A DNA stretch of 63,891 bases, counting the filler, from Octopus bimaculoides (lineage: Eukaryota), in assembly GCF_001194135.2 (NCBI RefSeq). It is 7 parts of 6 records of this genome, joined end to end, with 100 filler letters (N's around TTAATTAATTAA, not from the genome) between each part and the next. Parts side by side here need not be neighbours in the genome. Positions count along the whole stretch, not along the records: positions 60,322 to 62,678 come from NW_026345239.1; positions 62,779 to 63,891 come from NW_026419759.1; 5 more parts are not named here. One strand, 5' to 3'. Below are positions 60,322 through 63,891 of the stretch, piece by piece. How positions within the stretch are numbered: position 1 is the stretch's first letter; the number at the start of each line of letters is the position of its first letter. Position numbers and translations under genes: made by a program. Under the pieces are notes generated by a model. That model made no database searches and was not told the origin of the DNA. It saw only the letters and a program-made list of their open reading frames with translations.

Positions 60322-62678
60322 GTACGTACGAACGAACGAACGTACGAAAGAATGAACGAACGATTGAACGACAGAATGTACGTACGTACGAAAGAACGAA
60401 CTAACGAACGAACAAACGAACGAACGAAAAAACGTACGTACGTGCGAAGGAACGAACGAACAAATGAACGAACGAACGATATGAACGAACTAACGAACGA
60501 ACAAACGAAAGAACGAACGCACGAACGTACGTATGTTCCTACGTACATATATATGAATGAACGAACGAACGACCGAACGAAAGAACGAACGTACGAACGA
60601 ACGTATGTCAGAACAAACGTACGGACGCACGAACGAAAGAATGAAACCAACGGACGAACGAACGTACGTACGTACGAACGATCGTACGTATGAACAAATG
60701 ATCGAAGGAAAGAAAGAACGTGCGTACGTAAGTAAGTTCGTACGTACGAACGAATAAACGTTCGTACGTAGTGCGTAGGTTCGTTAGTTTGTTTGTTCGT
60801 TCGCTTGTTCGTTCGTTCGTTCTTTCGTACGTACGTATGTTCTTTCGTTCATTCGTTCGTACGTACTTACGTTCGTTCGTTCGTTCGAATAAACGAAAGA
60901 AGGAACGTAATTACGAACGAACGAAGAAACGAACGAACGTAATTACGAACGAAAGAACGAACGAACGAACGTACGGATGTTCCTACGTACATATATATAA
61001 ATGAACGAACGAACGAACGAACGAACGAAAGAACGTACGTACGAACGTACGTATGTCAGAACGAACGTACGGACGCACGAACGAAAGAATGAAACGAACG
61101 AACGAATGACCTAATGAACGTAGGTACGTACGTACGTACGAAAGAACGAAAGAACTAACGAATGAGGCAACGAACGAACGTCCGCACGTACGTACGGATT
61201 TACGTACGTAAGTACGTATGTAAGAACGATCGAACAAACGAACGATGAAAGAAACTGACGATCGTACGTACGAACGAAAGAACGAACTAACGAACGATTG
61301 AACGAACGAACGTACATAGGTACGAAAGAAACACGAACGAACAAAGAATTGAACGTACGTATGTACGAACGAACAAACGAACGAACGGACGAACAAACGA
61401 ACGTACATAAGTAGGTACATATGTACGTACGTATGAACGAACGAACAAACTAACGAACGTACACACGTACGTACGAACGAACGAACCAACGTACGTACGA
61501 ACGAATGAACGAAAGAACGTACGTACGTACGAAAGAACGTACGAACGAACGAACGCACAAACTAACGAACGTACGCACGTACGTACGTACGAACGAACAT
61601 ACGAAAGAATGAACGAACGATTGAATGAAAGAATGTACGTATGTACGAACGAACGACCGAACGATCGAACAAACACACTAATGAACGTACGCACGTACGT
61701 ACGAACGAACGAACGTACGTGCGTACGACCGAATGAACGAAAGAACGTACGTACGTACGAAAGAACGTACGAACGAACGAACGCACAAACTAACGAACGT
61801 ACGCACGTACATACGTACGAACGAACATACGAAAGAATGAACGAACGATTGAATGAAAGAATGTACGTATGTACGAACGAACGACCGAACGATCGAACAA
61901 ACAAACTAATGAACGTACGCACGTACGTACGTACGAAATAACGTACGAACGAACGAGAGAAAGAACGAACAAACTAACGAACGTACGCACGTACCTACGC
62001 TCGTACGCACGTACGTACGCTCGTATGTACGAACGAACGAACGTACGAAAGAATGAACGAACGATTGAACGAAAGAATGTACGTACGTACGAAAGAACGA
62101 ACAAACGAACGAACGAACAAACTTACGTACGTACGTGCGAAGGAACGAACGATATGAACGAACTAACGAACGAACGAACGTACGTATGTTCCTACGTACA
62201 TATATATGAATGAACGAACGAACGAACGTTTGTCAGAACAAACGTACGGACGCACGAACGAAAGAATGAAACGAACGAACGTACGTACGTACGAACGCTC
62301 GTACGTATGAACAAATGATCGAAGGAAAGAAAGAACGTGCGTAGGTAAGTAAGTTCGTACGTACGAACGAATAAACGTTCGTAGTTACGTGCGTACGTTC
62401 GTTAGTTTGTTCGTTCGTTCGCTTGTTCGTTCGTTCGTTCTTTCGTACGTACGTACCTTCTTTCGTTCATTTGTTCGTACGTACTTACGTTCGTTCGTTC
62501 GTTCGAATAAACGAAAGAAGGAACGTAATTACGAACGAACGAAGAAACGAACGAACGTAATTACGAACGAAAGAACGAACGAACGAACGTACGTATGTTC
62601 CTACGTACATATATATGATTGAACGAATGAACGAACGAACGAAAGAATGTACGTACGAACGTACGTATGTAAGAACGA
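60322..62678. repeat. CpG-rich (ACGA/ACGT)n-derived satellite with higher-order duplications and internal inversions
   Basis: 60340-61030 corresponds to 62040-62678, 61560-61790 corresponds to 61790-62000, and strand-flipped blocks lie at 60761-60885 and 62378-62503. Confidence 0.9.
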
Positions 62679-63774
62679 NNNNNNNNNNNNNNNNNNNNNN
62701 NNNNNNNNNNNNNNNNNNNNNNTTAATTAATTAANNNNNNNNNNNNNNNNNNNNNNNNNNNNNNNNNNNNNNNNNNNNCTGCATTGTGCTATACAGTCTG
62801 CTTTGGCATGGTTTCTACAGCTGGATGCCAACCACTTTACAGTTCTATGATTCGTGTATGAGTAGTTATAAAAACCCTGATTTTCGGCAAAATCTCCAGT
62901 GATCGTTGTATGTTACTCAAGTCCACGGCACTCACCCTTTTGAGTATAGGCTAATATATATGCCATGTTCAATACTCAAATCCGACAATATTGAATTGTC
63001 GTGAAACCTTATTAGTTAGAATGAGAAACTAGTTAATAATAAATTTAAGTCATAAATTCTCTACGATGAAATGCTTTGTTTCTAAATTTCTATAAATGTA
63101 AAAATATGTATATAATAAATTAATGTAGAAACTTAATTCCTTTTACTTCTCGTTTCTTTCAACTTGTTGAATTTATTTGTGTATGTTAATGAAACTGTAT
63201 TTTTTTTTATGTGTAACGGTCAAGAAAATATAATCTATATCTTCAACATACATGCACGTAATAAACACTCATTCAGCGTCTTGTCATGTATACATCATAA
63301 CATTTATGCAGCCTAAACTAAACTAAGAGTTATGCTTAGTGATAAATACTAATAATTAAGTTATAAGTAACGAAATTATCATTATAGCTTTTAATTAATA
63401 AACAATAATATTCGTTATAACTTACGAATGAAACGTCATTCTAGAAATAAACAATTACATCATCAAAATCCCAAAGCTACAAGATAATGCGTGATCAATT
63501 CAAAACAATGTGAATGAGTAAACATTACATTTCACACAGCAATAAGAATGCTAAAGGAGGAGGAGGAGGGTGATGACAACAACAACATCAAATAAAATCT
63601 TCTACAGCAAGAAACCTGTTCTGCTTTGGCTCCTTCTTTCATACCTTAATCCCTCATCTCCTAGCATAAAGCTCTTCCCTGGAGATTTGTAGTCCTGCAA
63701 GCTGCATGGTAACCTTACTAGTGCTGGTGTCACAGAAATTTTTAAAAAGCATCCAGTATACATTGAGATATGAA

Positions 63775-63891
63775 ATCAGATGTCACTGCTGTTCATATCA
63801 TCTGTGGATAAATTTTAAAATTGATGATATCACCAGCATTGACATAGACCGAGACCTTTGGAAATGTGCTGTGCGTGAGAAGACCCGGCAA
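63775..63891 (+). mobile_element. RTE LINE ORF end (runs off the window)
   Basis: DIDRDLWKCAVREKTRQ matches the RTE C-terminus seen degenerate at about 28680-28730. Confidence 0.65.

Overview
AT-rich, repeat-dense animal genomic scaffold with many N gaps. The SINE/LINE families look cephalopod (Octopus-like); this is inference from recalled repeat families, not a database hit. Most of the window is decayed mobile DNA: R4/Dong-like and RTE LINEs, Penelope-like fragments, several tRNA-derived SINE families, Tc1/mariner relics, Helitron pieces, MITEs, microsatellites and a CpG-rich ACGA/ACGT satellite. Three signals stand out. (1) A minus-strand array of six symmetric phase 2-2 micro-exons (45-51 nt, two types) at 29.1-36.1 kb, produced by tandem duplication; a candidate ATG first exon at 47.6 kb and candidate downstream exons at 26.5 kb and 13.3-14.7 kb may belong to the same gene. 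(2) A tRNA-headed SINE carrying a Penelope-type minimal hammerhead ribozyme, present as an inverted pair at 25.8-26.4 kb. (3) A Merlin-like MITE with an 8-bp TSD and opposed telomeric TTAGGG/CCCTAA arms. No intact long ORF or named gene is recognisable. Exon calls are made by eye from splice motifs and reading frame, and repeat boundaries are approximate.
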